64,000 bases of DNA from the human T2T-CHM13v2.0 reference genome, Homo sapiens. Shown piece after piece: positions 41,720 to 55,011 of this stretch (position 1 is the first letter of the stretch; every line of letters starts with the position of its first letter). The position numbers and the translations under genes were made by a program. The stretch lies in assembly GCF_009914755.1 (NCBI RefSeq), contig NC_060929.1, one strand, 5' to 3'. The notes under the pieces were generated by a model. The model was not told where the DNA came from. It saw nothing but the letters and a program-made list of their open reading frames with translations, and made no database searches.

Positions 41720-42740
41720 GCAGGGAGACGATGGAGAAAGAAAACCAAGCAGGCTGTTGGTGAAACACATTCCAGGAAGAAGGAGTGAGCGGCAAGTCCA
41801 TTTCTCAGGTGTGAGCCTGGGTGGTGTGTCCGACAGCAGAGAGCCAGCACGGCCGGGACTGAGTGGGGAACGGAGCGAGTACGGGAAGGGGAGGGTAGAG
41901 CTCTAGATCCTGCAGGGTTTGGGATCCACGTTCAAGACTTTGGCTTTTACTTTGGCTTTTATTCAGAGTGAGATGAGGTGTCTTGCAGGGTTTTTGTGAG
42001 CAGAGGAGAAAGGTGGAAAAGGGAGCACACTCGGCCTGCCTGCTATGCTTTGAAGGGCCTGCTCACATGGTTGGTCTCTCACTGGCATCTGGGAACTTAG
42101 ATTTGGGGCAAGTTCCCACCATCCTCTGATAGGGTGGCCTGTTGTGCCTAAACTGTTTTCTGCAATGTGGCTTAGCTGAACACTTGTTTTCCATCTGAGT
42201 CTGGAATTTGCATATGTGCCAGGAAGGGAGTGCTATCATGACCAGTCCCCGGTAAAAATAAAACCTCTGGGCACCGGAGTCTCTAACAAGCTTCCCTGGT
42301 AGAAGACAATATTTTGTAACTTATTGCCGGGGGCATTAAGGACGTCCTGTGTGACTCCACTAGGCGAGACCCCTTGACAGCTGGAGCCTGCTTTCCTGTG
42401 GACCTCACCCCATGCACCTCTTCCCTTCGCAGATTGTGTTTGGCATCCTTTTCTGGAAAAACCATAGCCATGAGTGCAACAATCTGCAGAACCTGTGAGT
42501 CCTCCCAGGGAATTGCTAAACCTGAGGGTGGTCTTGGGACCCTGAAACAGGAGTGATTTATCTGCCAAGCTTTAAAGGGATCCCTCGGGCTGCTTGTTGA
42601 AGGGGAACTGGGCAGTGCCAAGGAGACCAGGAAGGAATTTGTTGCACACAATCCAAGCAAAAGCTACTGAGGGCTTAGACCAGGAGGTGGGGGTGGTGAG
42701 AAGAGACAGGACCCTGGATTTATAAATATGAGAACTCGGA
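41720..42740 (-). mobile_element. L2 fragment split by a MER68-like LTR
   Basis: gactttggcttttac...tgagcagagga before 42010; tttaaagggatccctcgggctgct...gcttagaccagg after 42570. Confidence 0.65.
42012..42549 (+). mobile_element. MER68-like ERVL solo LTR
   Basis: ctggcatctgggaactt.gattt...gttcccacca...tgtgcctaaactgttt...gtgtgactccact...gagggtggtcttgggaccc. Confidence 0.75.
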
Positions 42741-43910
42741 GGCAGGCAGAAGTCATGAGCAAAGCATGTGACAACGAGGACTGCTGAGCAGAGGGCTGTC
42801 CTCACTCATGAGTTTTCATTATACCAGTCCCGTAGTATGACAGGGACTTTGTGACAGACACCCCTTACAGGTTCCAGGAGGGTCTGTGGCCCATCCTGCA
42901 AATGCAATTTTCAAGAATCTCTTCCCCTCATCTAGCATTTATTTGCAGAGTTCAGCCCAGGGGAGAATCTCCTTCCCTGAAAAGGCAAGTGTAACTTACA
43001 AGACTTAGGTGCCCTTGAATCCAAGATTGCGGGTTTCTACTAAAGAAGATGCTTAACCAGCTCGTTCCTGCTTCCTGACCTTTGCTTCCAAGAGTTAAAA
43101 GAGGACATAGGTTTTGTTGTTGTTGCTGTTAGAAGTTTTCAAGGACAAAAAAAAAAATGCCTTTTTGGTTGAGAGTACAGCTATCGTGGGCTGCTCCTGC
43201 GGTGGAAGAAAAAGACATCTCCTTTTATGACTTTGATTCCACAAACTTTCCTGAACTCTACATTTGAAATAGCATATTTCAAGGCAGGTGAGTGGATGGG
43301 TGTGGAGGAGGAAGAAGCAAAAGACAAAAGCAAGCAAGCTGGGTGAGTTTGGGGGGAACCCGTTCACAGAGCGCTCTCCGCGGTTTTCAAGTTGAGGAGT
43401 GATATTATGTTAACCTATGTTCTAATTGCTCAGCAATAAACAACGCCCCCTCACAGTATAAACGTCAGGATCAAGACTATTTCTAAATCTGCTTTGAAAC
43501 AATGTCAGTCACCACGAAGAGCAGAAAGAGATCGAGCGCTTTTGTTAGCATAAAAAATGTTTAAATATATGACTGAGGGGTATTCGTTACTGCAAGCAGC
43601 AGAGCTCGGATACAATGGGGAGTGGGAGGACAGGGCTGTGCTTAGGTGAGACTGTTTGCCTGCTGACTGCTCAGGAGGGAGGGCCGACTGATTGATATGT
43701 GGATGACACTCGTCACCTACTGCAGAAAGTGTCACAAAGCAGGTAACTGCTGAGCTGCAGATGGCACTGGGTACTGGGGAGGGGAGAACTCCGGCCTTTC
43801 AAACAAAAATTAAGGCTGGTGGAACGACTTTGAACGTTCTTGCCCACCAAGTCAGTCAGTCAGTAGAAATGTTAAGAACTGAAGTTAAAAATAAAATAAC
43901 CAGATGCTCT

Positions 43911-44545
<635 letters not shown>

Positions 44546-44819
44546 CCATAAGAACCTGAGCCAGTTGGATACTGCCAGAACTTCTTAGTCTCCTAGAGTG
44601 CAGCGGGTCACCCTAATTCCCAAAAAGCTACACAAGTATCTCGACTAATCCCAAGAACCCTGCCCTGGCATATCCTTGCAGGCTGGAGGGAGACCCCAGT
44701 GAATGGCTGGAAACCGATCGTATCTCAGGTGCTGATGTCAAACGTCTGAACAGGGCAGTGATTCTCCAAAACAATGGCTGCCTTTGGTTTCAACCTCCTC
44801 CTCACCTCAAATGGGGGTG

Positions 44820-44965
44820 CATGGAACAGTGAAGCTTAGTGGTTAAGAGCATGGACTCTGGACTCTCACAGACCTGATTTCAGTTACAGGCTTTGCTGTT
44901 TCTAGCTGGGCATTCCTATGTAAGTCACATAACCTCTCTGAGACTGTGTTATCTGAATAAATATG
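44820..44965 (+). mobile_element. MIR 5' part
   Basis: tagtggttaagagcatggactctgga...aagtcacataacctctctgag. Confidence 0.75.
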
Positions 44966-45819
44966 GCAGGGGAAACAGACCTATGTGACTCACTGGGTAT
45001 CACTAACTCCACCATTCCTCCCGATTTTGAAAGCACAGCCATATAGATTAAGTAAATAAATTTTATCTGAGGTAGGAAAGGTTGTTAGAACCTGACCTCA
45101 AAAGTGATGCCAACCTTAGATTTTGAAGCATGTTCTTTCTCACTTTAATAAGATCCTCTTCTGTTGCTATTGTCATATGTGGCCAAATATTTTATTATAG
45201 ATATCAGTAAGATATTGTGCTCTTCAACAATGGAACCCCTGAGGAGGGTTGGAGATGGAAAATAAATAGAACTCATGTTCTCCAACTAGCAGAGCTTTTT
45301 CCTAAATCCCTGAGCTCTGTTCATCTTAGAATCATTGTGTGTATGTGTGCACCTGTGTGTGTGTAAAACAACATTATTTATATGTGGATGTGCACATTAA
45401 GGACCATCAAAATAGAACCCTTTCCCTAGGGAAAGAATATTTTTCTGATGGGCTCCAAAGTGTTGGTTAGAAGCCATTGGCCTTAATTTTCCTGATGTCA
45501 CTCAGGTCTCATGGGCAGGACTTGAGAAGCATGACCTGACCCCTAAGGAACGTGCTAGATAACAATGCGTTTGCATGTCCTGTGGATGGTGTAACAGCCC
45601 TAGAGTAAGACACAGACCATCTTCTCCTCATGCACAACACTGACAAGCCCTTCCACTCCGCTCACACAGGACAGTGCAGAGCACCTGGGTGAGAACTAGG
45701 AAGCTCTGTTATGAAGCTCTGGGAAGCCTCCACTATCCCCTATGGCGTTCAGTGCCGTGAACGTGATTGTCTCTCTCTCCGAGACATAACAGAGATGGCC
45801 ACCAATAGGTTAACCTATT

Positions 45820-46189
45820 TATATTAGTCTATTGGGGCTGCCATAACAAAACACCACAAACTGAGGAACTTCAACAACAGAAATGTATAGTCTTGCAGCT
45901 CTGGAGGCCAAGAGTTCAAGATCAAGGTGTCAGCAGGGTTGGCTTCTTCTGATGCCTCTCTCCTTGGCTTGTAGATGCCACCTTCTCTCTGGGTCTTCAC
46001 ATGGCCTTCCCTCTGTGTGTGTGTCATAATGTCCTCTTCTTATAAGGACACTAGTCGCATTAGATATGACCTCATTTTTTACCTCTTATAAAAACCCAGT
46101 CTCCAAATACATTTACCTTCTGAGGTACTGGGGCTAGGACTTTAACATGTGAATTTGTGGAGGTGGGGACCCCTATTCAGCCCATAACA
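45820..46189 (-). mobile_element. MLT1B-like MaLR solo LTR
   Basis: attagtctattggggctgccataacaaa...gatcaaggtgtcagcaggg...cttataaggacac...ttctgaggtactgggg...attcagcccataaca. Confidence 0.85.
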
Positions 46190-47179
46190 CTCTCAAAGTG
46201 AAATTCTCTGCTTTCTTTTGAAGGACGTAGTCATTGGATAGGTGAGAAAGGACATCTGTGTGGCATTTCTGCAGTTGCCTGAGGGTTGGGGTCTGTGGGG
46301 GGGGTTTGTGACACCTGGGCAATAAGGAAAGACACTGAGTCTGGAAAGGTGGGAGCCCTGCCAGCTTAGAGCAACAGACCCCAGAACATAAGGGTTTGTA
46401 CTGAATGGGGAAGTTCTACAGTCTGACCTAAAGCAGCACGAACTGGGGCTGAGTGTGAGTTATACTGGAGGAGAATGGCCAAGGTCAGGATCAGAGGGGA
46501 AATCAAGTGTCAGGGAGAACCCAGGTGCCAGGACCCAGGAGGAAAGCAGCAAGAGTGAGGCCAGATGGGTTGAGGCTGAGGGGTCAGGAGAGAGGCTTGG
46601 GAAAAGGAAGGGGAGTTGGCCCTTTCTAGTGGGATGTCTCTTGGGCAGATTGGAGAAACGTTGGCTGCTCTCAATATTCAGGAAGAGGTTGCACAACATC
46701 AGAGTAGAGGAAGAGTCAGGTTTAGGGAGAGGCATGGGGAAGGGTGAAAGACTTGTGGTCATCGGTTCTCCACAAGAGACAGCAAGTGAGGGGGGCCTGT
46801 TGGTGTTCTTCTCCACTCGACCACTCTAGCAGGCAGTGGAGGAGGCCTCCAGCAGTGTTCTAGTGCACTGATAATCACGCTGTTTGTGCCCTCCTGCTAC
46901 GATCCACACCCCTCCACCCACCCAGCATGGTCGGACATGTGTGATCCAGAATCACACTAAGAGAATGAACTTCGGGGAAGCATGAATAGGAAGAAACCCT
47001 GAGAGGCCAACCGTACATTAAGGGTCATGGGCAGGCACACCTGGGTTCAAGTCCCGCTGCCTGTATAATATTGAACAACTGACCTCAAGTCTCTGAGTCA
47101 CATTTCCTCACCTATAAGATTTGGATATGACACTGACCACTGACTCTATTCAAGGAGACTTCCAAAGCTCTCATAGCAA

Positions 47180-47480
47180 ACAGAAATGCTTTCAGTTGTA
47201 GCTAAGAGAATCACTGACCAAAGGTTGCTTAAAAAATAAAGTCAATTAATTATCTCACCTAACCAAAAGTCTAAAAGTGAGAGGCTCCCGGTTTAGTCAA
47301 GGAACTTAATGACTAAGACACATCTTATTTCTTCTTCTCCACAATTCTCAGCATTTTGACTTGTTGCCTGATAGTCACAAGATGGCTGCTGCTACTCCAG
47401 GCATCATGTCCTCATACCAACAACCTAAGCAGGAAGGAAGAGATGAGGCAAAAAGCTTTCTCTTGGGAGACCTTGTCTTT
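47180..47480 (-). mobile_element. MLT1J/K-like LTR fragment
   Basis: atgctttcagttgt...gtcacaagatggctgctgctactccaggcatcatgtcctca. Confidence 0.6.
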
Positions 47481-48149
47481 TATTTCTCCCCTATTTCAAA
47501 GCAAAAGGTTTCTACTTCAAAGACCATTTTCTTAACACTACAATATAGGATTAATGTGAGACAATTCTATCATGCATAGAAAAATGTCAGGCAATCAATT
47601 AAGTGTTAGTTCCCTTTTTGGGAAGGAAATATAGCAAGATCCCAGGTTCTAAAATCCCACTTCTCTTTCTGTGCCTCAGTTCCTTCAACTGTGAAAAGAG
47701 AATAAAAGTAGTTAAGCAGTAAGTACTCTATAAACATTCACTTTTCTCATTTTGATTATTTTTTTCTAGCCTGTATATATTCTAGGCTCAGCCTGAGTTT
47801 GAGAATTCACCTTTCAGATCCAAGTACTAGTCAATTAACACATTCAGTCTGGCTTTCTGCAATATTGCTTTTAGAAATAGTGTTTAGTAAAGATTCGTGC
47901 AATGTGTCAGCAGTTCTTCAATCTTAGAGATGTGAGGGGATGCCAGCAGTAATTATCACCTAGTTAGGCTCCTGTTAGAACTAAGGATACTTTAATTAAG
48001 TGGATGAGTAATCTGATGCCTCCTTAGAAAATGGGCATTTAATATGCAAATAAATGATTATTCATCGCCAGGAAACATGTTGTTTTATTTGCCCCTGCTT
48101 GATAGGTTTGCTGCTGATGAAAGAGTTCCTTTGCACTGGGCTAGTATAC

Positions 48150-48605
48150 AACCAACCATCCTTCATTAGCAACAGTCCTGGGACTGCCCTGTACCACGCA
48201 CTGGGGAGCCGGGAACGGGGAAACCTGCTCCTTGGAGGAGATCATGGCCTAGAGGGGGATCAACATTGCTGCAAGCAACTTCCCACTAAGTTGCTAAGGT
48301 TGGTAATAGAAGTGTGTGCTCCGAAGAGAAACAGCTCGGAGGGGGAGTGATTAACTGCCCCTGCTCAAAGCTGGGCAGTGGGGCGGGGTCAGAAAGGCTT
48401 CCCAGAAGGAGCTGATGTATGAGCTAGGAAAGGGATTTCCAAGGAGATGAACAGGCACATGCAAATATATAGAGGCTGGAAATAGAATTGGGATTTGAGG
48501 AAACTATATTCAGTTGGTGAAAACAAAGTTGGGAGGGGATGTAGCAAGAACCAAGGCTACTGTAGCAGGGCCAGATGGCAAAGAGGTTTGTTCTACGTAA
48601 GAAGG
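48150..48605 (-). mobile_element. L2 fragment
   Basis: gtcagaaaggcttcccagaaggagctgatgtatgagct...gcacatgcaaa. Confidence 0.55.
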
Positions 48606-48612
48606 AGTTGGA

Positions 48613-48714
48613 GGCCGGGCGCGGTGGCTCACACCTGCAATCCCAGCACTTTGGGAGGCTGAGGCGGGCAGATCACGCAGTCAGGAGATTGAGACCATTC
48701 TGGCGAACACGGTG
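48613..48714 (+). mobile_element. Alu 5' 102 bp only (AluY-like)
   Basis: ggccgggcgcggtggctcac...gagattgagaccattctggcgaacacggtg, then breaks off. Confidence 0.92.
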
Positions 48715-48964
48715 TAGGCTGGAATGTAGTGGCACAATCTCGGCTCACTGCAACCTCTGTCTCCTGGGCTCAACTGATCCTGCCACCTCAGCTTCCCAAG
48801 TAGCTGACACTACAGGCACACACCACCATGCCCAGCTAATTTTTTGTAGACATGGGGTTTCGCCGTGTTGCTTAGGCTGGTCTCGAACTTTTGAGCTCAA
48901 GTGATCCACCGGGCTTGGCCTCCCAAAAAGCTGGGATTACACATGTGAGCCATCGTACCCAGTC
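48715..48964 (-). mobile_element. Alu (AluJ-like) lacking its 3' end and tail
   Basis: Starts at aggctggaatgtagtggc with no poly-T; ends gagccatcgtacccagtc. Confidence 0.92.
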
Positions 48965-49189
48965 GATACACCCATTCTTAAATGCCCAGCACTTGCATTG
49001 TCTCAGGAAGCAACTGGGAAGTTGTTGTGTGAAGAAGGGTAAGGGCTTACAATGAGGCCAACCTGGATTCAGTGCCCACTTTATACATAAGAAAACTGAG
49101 GCTTAATTTGTAATTAAGGCCAAAAAGAACAACCACTTTCCTGGGGCTTGTCCTATTGTCACCGTCATTTCCCTTTTCCCCTTATGCAC

Positions 49190-49335
49190 TCCCCTCCCTT
49201 CCACCCATCCATTCCTGCTTCCTTCCCTTCCTTCCTTCCTCCCTCCCTTCTGTCCTTCCTCCCTTCCTTTCTTCCTTCCTCCCTCCCTTCTGTCCTTCCT
49301 CCCTTCCTTCTTTGCTCCCTCCCTTCTTTCCTTCT
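49190..49335. repeat. (CCTT)n-type polypyrimidine tract with an internal 40-bp tandem duplication (49231-49310)
   Basis: cttccttcctccctcccttctgtccttcctcccttcctt(t/c) occurs twice. Confidence 0.93.
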
Positions 49336-50409
49336 TCACCATCAGGATCTCACTTATTCTCCCTGTGTGGTCTCAGATAAGTGGAGGACAGGGGACCTTA
49401 GTCCATCTGACTCCCAAGGCAGAGGTCACAGATGCCTTGTTTGGGTTTTGCTTTTGTAATTGTTTATCTGTACATCCTTTTTCTTTTCACATTCCCACAG
49501 CTTGAGTGTGATTATTCAAGTCAAAAACAGTTGGAGATATCAGGTTAATAATACCGAAAGTTTCCTGGCATTCAAAATCTGACTGTGTGTGTGTGCCTAT
49601 GCTCATATGTTGTGTTTTCAATTAAGCTGCATTTTGAGGAGCTAATCATGACACACTGATAACATCTACCTGGAGAACCACAGCTTCATAGCTGGCTTGG
49701 GGCAGTGAGGAGCTGTATCCTATAATGGTCAGGTGTATGCATTTTTTGAAAGAACCAAAGACCTAGGTTCCAATTTCAATTCTACCATGATAGAAAGAGG
49801 TGTCATCTTTCTGTGTGGTAGGTCTGACATCTATAAGCTAGGGATGATATTGCCTACATCACTGGCTTGCCATGAGGATTAACTAGGCCTGTGAGTATGA
49901 CGTTTCTATTGCACAGTAATATGGACTAGTATCTTCATCAACTTCTGTCTCCACCTTGACCCTCCCAGCCCCATACAATGTGCTGCTGCTTGAAGTCTCT
50001 GCAAGTCATTGCAGGTGGGGGTCCTGTTTGTGAGGGTAGGAGATGTCTGGATGGATTTGGGTCTGGTACTGTGTGACTGAGTGACTGTGCCCCAGGATAA
50101 TGAGATGTTGAAATTAGAGCCAAAACCACCTCCCACTCGTGTGGGGCATGAGAAAGCCATGGAAGCTGCTGGTGAGTCAGAATTGAGAAGGCAGTGCACA
50201 TTTAAGGACAGAGGAAGGCCAGGGAGCTGTGCCAGGAAATTTCCACAGCTGTGAGTCAGGAACGGCTCTCATCAACTTTCTGAAGTAGCATCCCACCTGA
50301 ACTAGCCAGCCCTCCTTCCTAGGCAGTCTGCTTTTTAACAATTCTTGAAAAGCCAAAGACTTTGTGTGGCTTGGTGAATGGGACAAGAAAGATGCTACGA
50401 GCCCCAAGA

Positions 50410-50990
50410 AGTAGGTATTAGTATCCCCATTTTACAGATAGAAAACCGAGGCTCAGAGAGGTGAGGCCATTTGCCCAGTGTCACACAGCTTGAGACGTGA
50501 ATTTGGATCTATTTATCTGCAAAGCCTGGGTTATCCTGCTTAACCGTACTGCAGTCCACTAATGCTGGGCCAGTTAATAACATGAGAATGCACCCATGTT
50601 TTGCTAAGGTGGGCTAATGAGGACCATTGGGAAGTAGTTCTTTAAGACCAGGCTATTGGGGGGCATATACTCAAGTTCTTCAGCTTAATTATAGGTTCCT
50701 ATGGAATCACCAACAGGCCAGCTGTAAGCACTTACAATATGCTGCTAGGAGGAGGGCTTATAGTTACCTCTGACATTTATTGAGAGTTTATTATGAGCCA
50801 GCCTCTGTCCCAAGCACCTGTGTCATAGCCTATTTAAGCCTCACAATAACCCTAAGGGGTCAGAAGCTATTATTAGCACCATTTTGCAGATGAAGAAATA
50901 GAGACATGGAGAGGTGAATACTTGCCCAAGACAACATAGCTCGAAATGGCAGAGCTGGGATTTGAATCCAGGTGATTGGTATGGGTGTGG
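50410..50990 (-). mobile_element. Two MIR copies (about 50410-50550 and 50760-50990)
   Basis: ccccattttacagatagaaaaccgaggctcagagagg and ccattttgcagatgaagaaatagagac...gggatttgaatccagg. Confidence 0.8.
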
Positions 50991-51050
50991 AGAGTATGTT
51001 CCGATTCGACTGCTGGGGGGGCCTCTCCTAATTGAAAATATGATGAACAG

Positions 51051-51612
<562 letters not shown>

Positions 51613-52514
51613 GTCTGTCCAATCCCCCAGGGTGCCCCTTGGAGGTCAAGAGGGAGAAATCCATCCCAGAGTGTGAGAGAGCTGCTGCGCTGGACAGTTG
51701 GCTGGTTACAAAAATCTAGTCTCAGAAACCCCCACCACATCCCGATGCGCCGACGATTGGCAGGCTTCTTTTGTGTGAACTTTGTTCATTGCAGGTTTTC
51801 ATTTTCAGTGATGTCCCTGACAGCTTTAGTGAGATGATTGTAGGGTAGAAGACTGTAACCTTTAAAGGTTTGGTAAAATCTCTGCAAGTGGGAGGTCTGT
51901 CATCCTCCGGGGCGTGTTGAAGTGCCTGCTTGTAAATGTTTCTTTGCAAACGCTGGTGCCTGAGCACTCCAGGTGAGGAAAACCTAAGTCAGACAATGGC
52001 TGCGGTGCACAGGGAGGGAAATCAGCAGAGATGATGATGTAAGAGTGCAGGACTTGGGCTCCATGGAACATCAGTGGGGAAGAGAGACAAGAGCCAAGGA
52101 TACGTCCCGGGTTTGGGGCATCTGGATGAGTGGGAGCCTGGAAATGAGGAGGATCCATTCAGGGGCCGAAGAACCAAGAAGACAATTCTGCATCCACGCG
52201 GAAGCTCCTTACAGAAACCTGAAAATGAATTCTCTACCCGGCCACCTCAGTGTGCCTCTAAGGTTGTGACTGTAGTCCCTGGGTCTGCGGCCAACTTTCT
52301 GGCCAGAGGAGTTTCCTTTTGTGTCCCTGGAGATCTAATTCAGAATCTGGATTTGTCTTCCTGCTCTTTGCCTCCCTTTTCTCTATTCCTAGGGGACTCA
52401 AAGGACATTTAGGCTGACACTTGCCTGAACTCCTCCTTCCTTTAACTTTTTCCTTTACTCTTTACTTTTGAGCACTGGCCTGGGCCTCATGCACACCCCC
52501 GGGGATGCAGAGCC

Positions 52515-52900
52515 CCACCAGGTACTGTCCCTGCCTTAAGATCCTCACAGCCCAGGGGCAAGTCTGCAGATGCAAGTGACTCCAGGAGCAGGAGAAGGAC
52601 TAAAGGGATCAGAGGGAAGCAGGGAAGTGCGTGGCTGTCCCACCAGACAGGCAGGGAGGCATCCCAGTGGAGGCTGGGTGAATGGGGGCCCGGAAGGTGA
52701 GCACAGGCTTTCCAGGCAGAGCAAGTGAGGAAGGAAGGTGCCCTGGGCAGAGGGCAGCCATGTTTCTCCTGTGCCAAGGCAGGGAGATGGGGAAAAAAGC
52801 TGCATATTTGAACATAGATAGGGGAGTCCGTGTGACTGGACAATAGAGTGAATGCAGAAGAGTAGAAAGAAAAGTGGCTTAAAGATCACACAGGGCCCCG
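52515..52900 (-). mobile_element. L2 fragment
   Basis: gtccctgccttaagatcctcacagccca...ggcagggaggcatccc...ctgggcagagggcagc. Confidence 0.55.
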
Positions 52901-52941
52901 AATATCTTTTGGAAAAATTTTGGCATTTCCCATAAGTCAAT

Positions 52942-53420
<479 letters not shown>

Positions 53421-54210
53421 TTCCTGTAGGCAATGGGGTGGCCATGGGACGTTTCAAGCTGCAGAGTGATGAGGTTAGCTCTGCATTTTAGATCCCTCTG
53501 GAGGAAGGATGATAGGAGGCTGTCACTAAACCAGTCCCCTGTGCACCAAAAGAATGGCAGAGGTTAACAGGTCAGACAGATGGGAGCTTCTCTTCCCAGC
53601 TCCCCAGGCCAAAAGCCACTTCCTAGCTCCCAAGAGCAAAGCCCCAGACGATTGGGGCTTCTAGCCCCTATGTAGCTTCAGCACGGCGGAGACCCCCAGA
53701 GGGAACTCCAGACCGTACAGCCAGGGCAGCCACAGTGGACAATCACAGCCCAGCAACAGTGGTGCCGTTTCTACAGCCTGGAATATGCATGGTATCCCTT
53801 ACAGTTATGCAACACCGTGGCCCTGCACACCAACAATTTTGAAATTAACGTAGAAGAGAAAACCCTAGGAACCAGGGCTTGGAGACAGGTGACGAGGCTC
53901 CCTCATCCTTGTGCCAACAGCCTCGCGCTATTCTGGGACATAAAATCTGTCTGCAGAGATTTCCAGCAAACCCAGGCCCTGGGCTGTGGTCCTCCAGCTG
54001 GACCCTGCCCTATTCTTCTGTCTCAGCCTCGCAATTAGCTAATACGGAGTACCTGGTCTGCAGTGAAGGGTACTAGGAGGAAAACCCAACAGGCCTTTGC
54101 TCCAGCCTAATCAGTCCTATTTTATGTTTTATTTGTTAGGCAGTTGTGCGATATTTCATTTGTACTCAGTGTCCTGTGGCTAAAGGCATCACTGAGAGTT
54201 CATAAACAGT

Positions 54211-55011
54211 TGTTCTGGTTATCTATGACTGAGTACAAACTACCTTAAAACTTAGAGACTTAAAACAAAAATGTATTATTCTCTCTTATGGTTCTGTGGG
54301 CTGACTGGGCAGAGCCGGGTGGTTCTTACTCAGGGTCTGCATGAAGCTGCAGTCAGATGGTGCTGGGGCTGCAGCCATCTGAAGGCTCAACCCAGCTGGA
54401 TCCTGTGTTGTGACAACTGGGTCTGCTATGACTGGCCAGGGCCTTCTCTCTCCGCATCCATCCTCTCCACATGGCCAGCATGGGGACTTCCTTACACTTT
54501 GGTAATCTTGAGATAGTCAGATTTATCATATGACACAAGTATTCCCAGGGACCCAGGTGGAAATTTCAGTGCTATAAGACCCACTATTGGAAGTTCCTCA
54601 GCGTGAATTTCCACTGGCCAAAAGCAAGTTGCGTGACTAGCCTACATTCAAAGAATGAGGACTGCACCAGGGCAGGAATACTCACAGCCAGAGCCCATTG
54701 CAGAATGAGGACCGTACCAGGGCAGGAATACTCACAGCCGGAGCCCATTGCAGAATGAGGACCGCACCGGGGCACGAATACTCACAGCCGGAGCCCATTG
54801 CAGAATGAGGACCGCACCGGGGCACGAATACTCACAGCCGGAGCCCATTGCAGAATGAGGACCGCACCGGGGCACGAATACTCACAGCCGCAGCCCATTG
54901 CAGAATGAGGACCGCACCGGGGCACGAATACTCACAGCCGCAGCCCATTGCAGAATGAGGACCGCACCAGGGCATGAATACTCACAGGCAGAGCCCATTG
55001 GAGCTACCACA
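54211..55011 (-). mobile_element. MLT1 (E/F/G-like) MaLR LTR containing a VNTR
   Basis: tgttctggttatctat...aaaacttag...ggctgactgggc...gctgcagtcagatgg...cctctccacatggc, ending gctaccaca. Confidence 0.75.
54652..55000. repeat. Minisatellite (VNTR), 50-bp unit, 7 copies
   Basis: agaatgaggaccgcaccggggcacgaatactcacagccggagcccattgc units start at 54652, 54702, 54752, 54802, 54852, 54902 and 54952. Confidence 0.98.

Noticed and set aside
53639-53660. aagcccca...tggggctt hairpin
   Set aside because: An 8-bp stem is expected by chance in a window this size, and bacterial-style terminators are irrelevant here.
54652-55000. Regular 50-bp array as a CRISPR-like locus
   Set aside because: The units are head-to-tail near-identical with no unique spacers, there are no cas genes, and the context is a primate LTR. 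It is a minisatellite.
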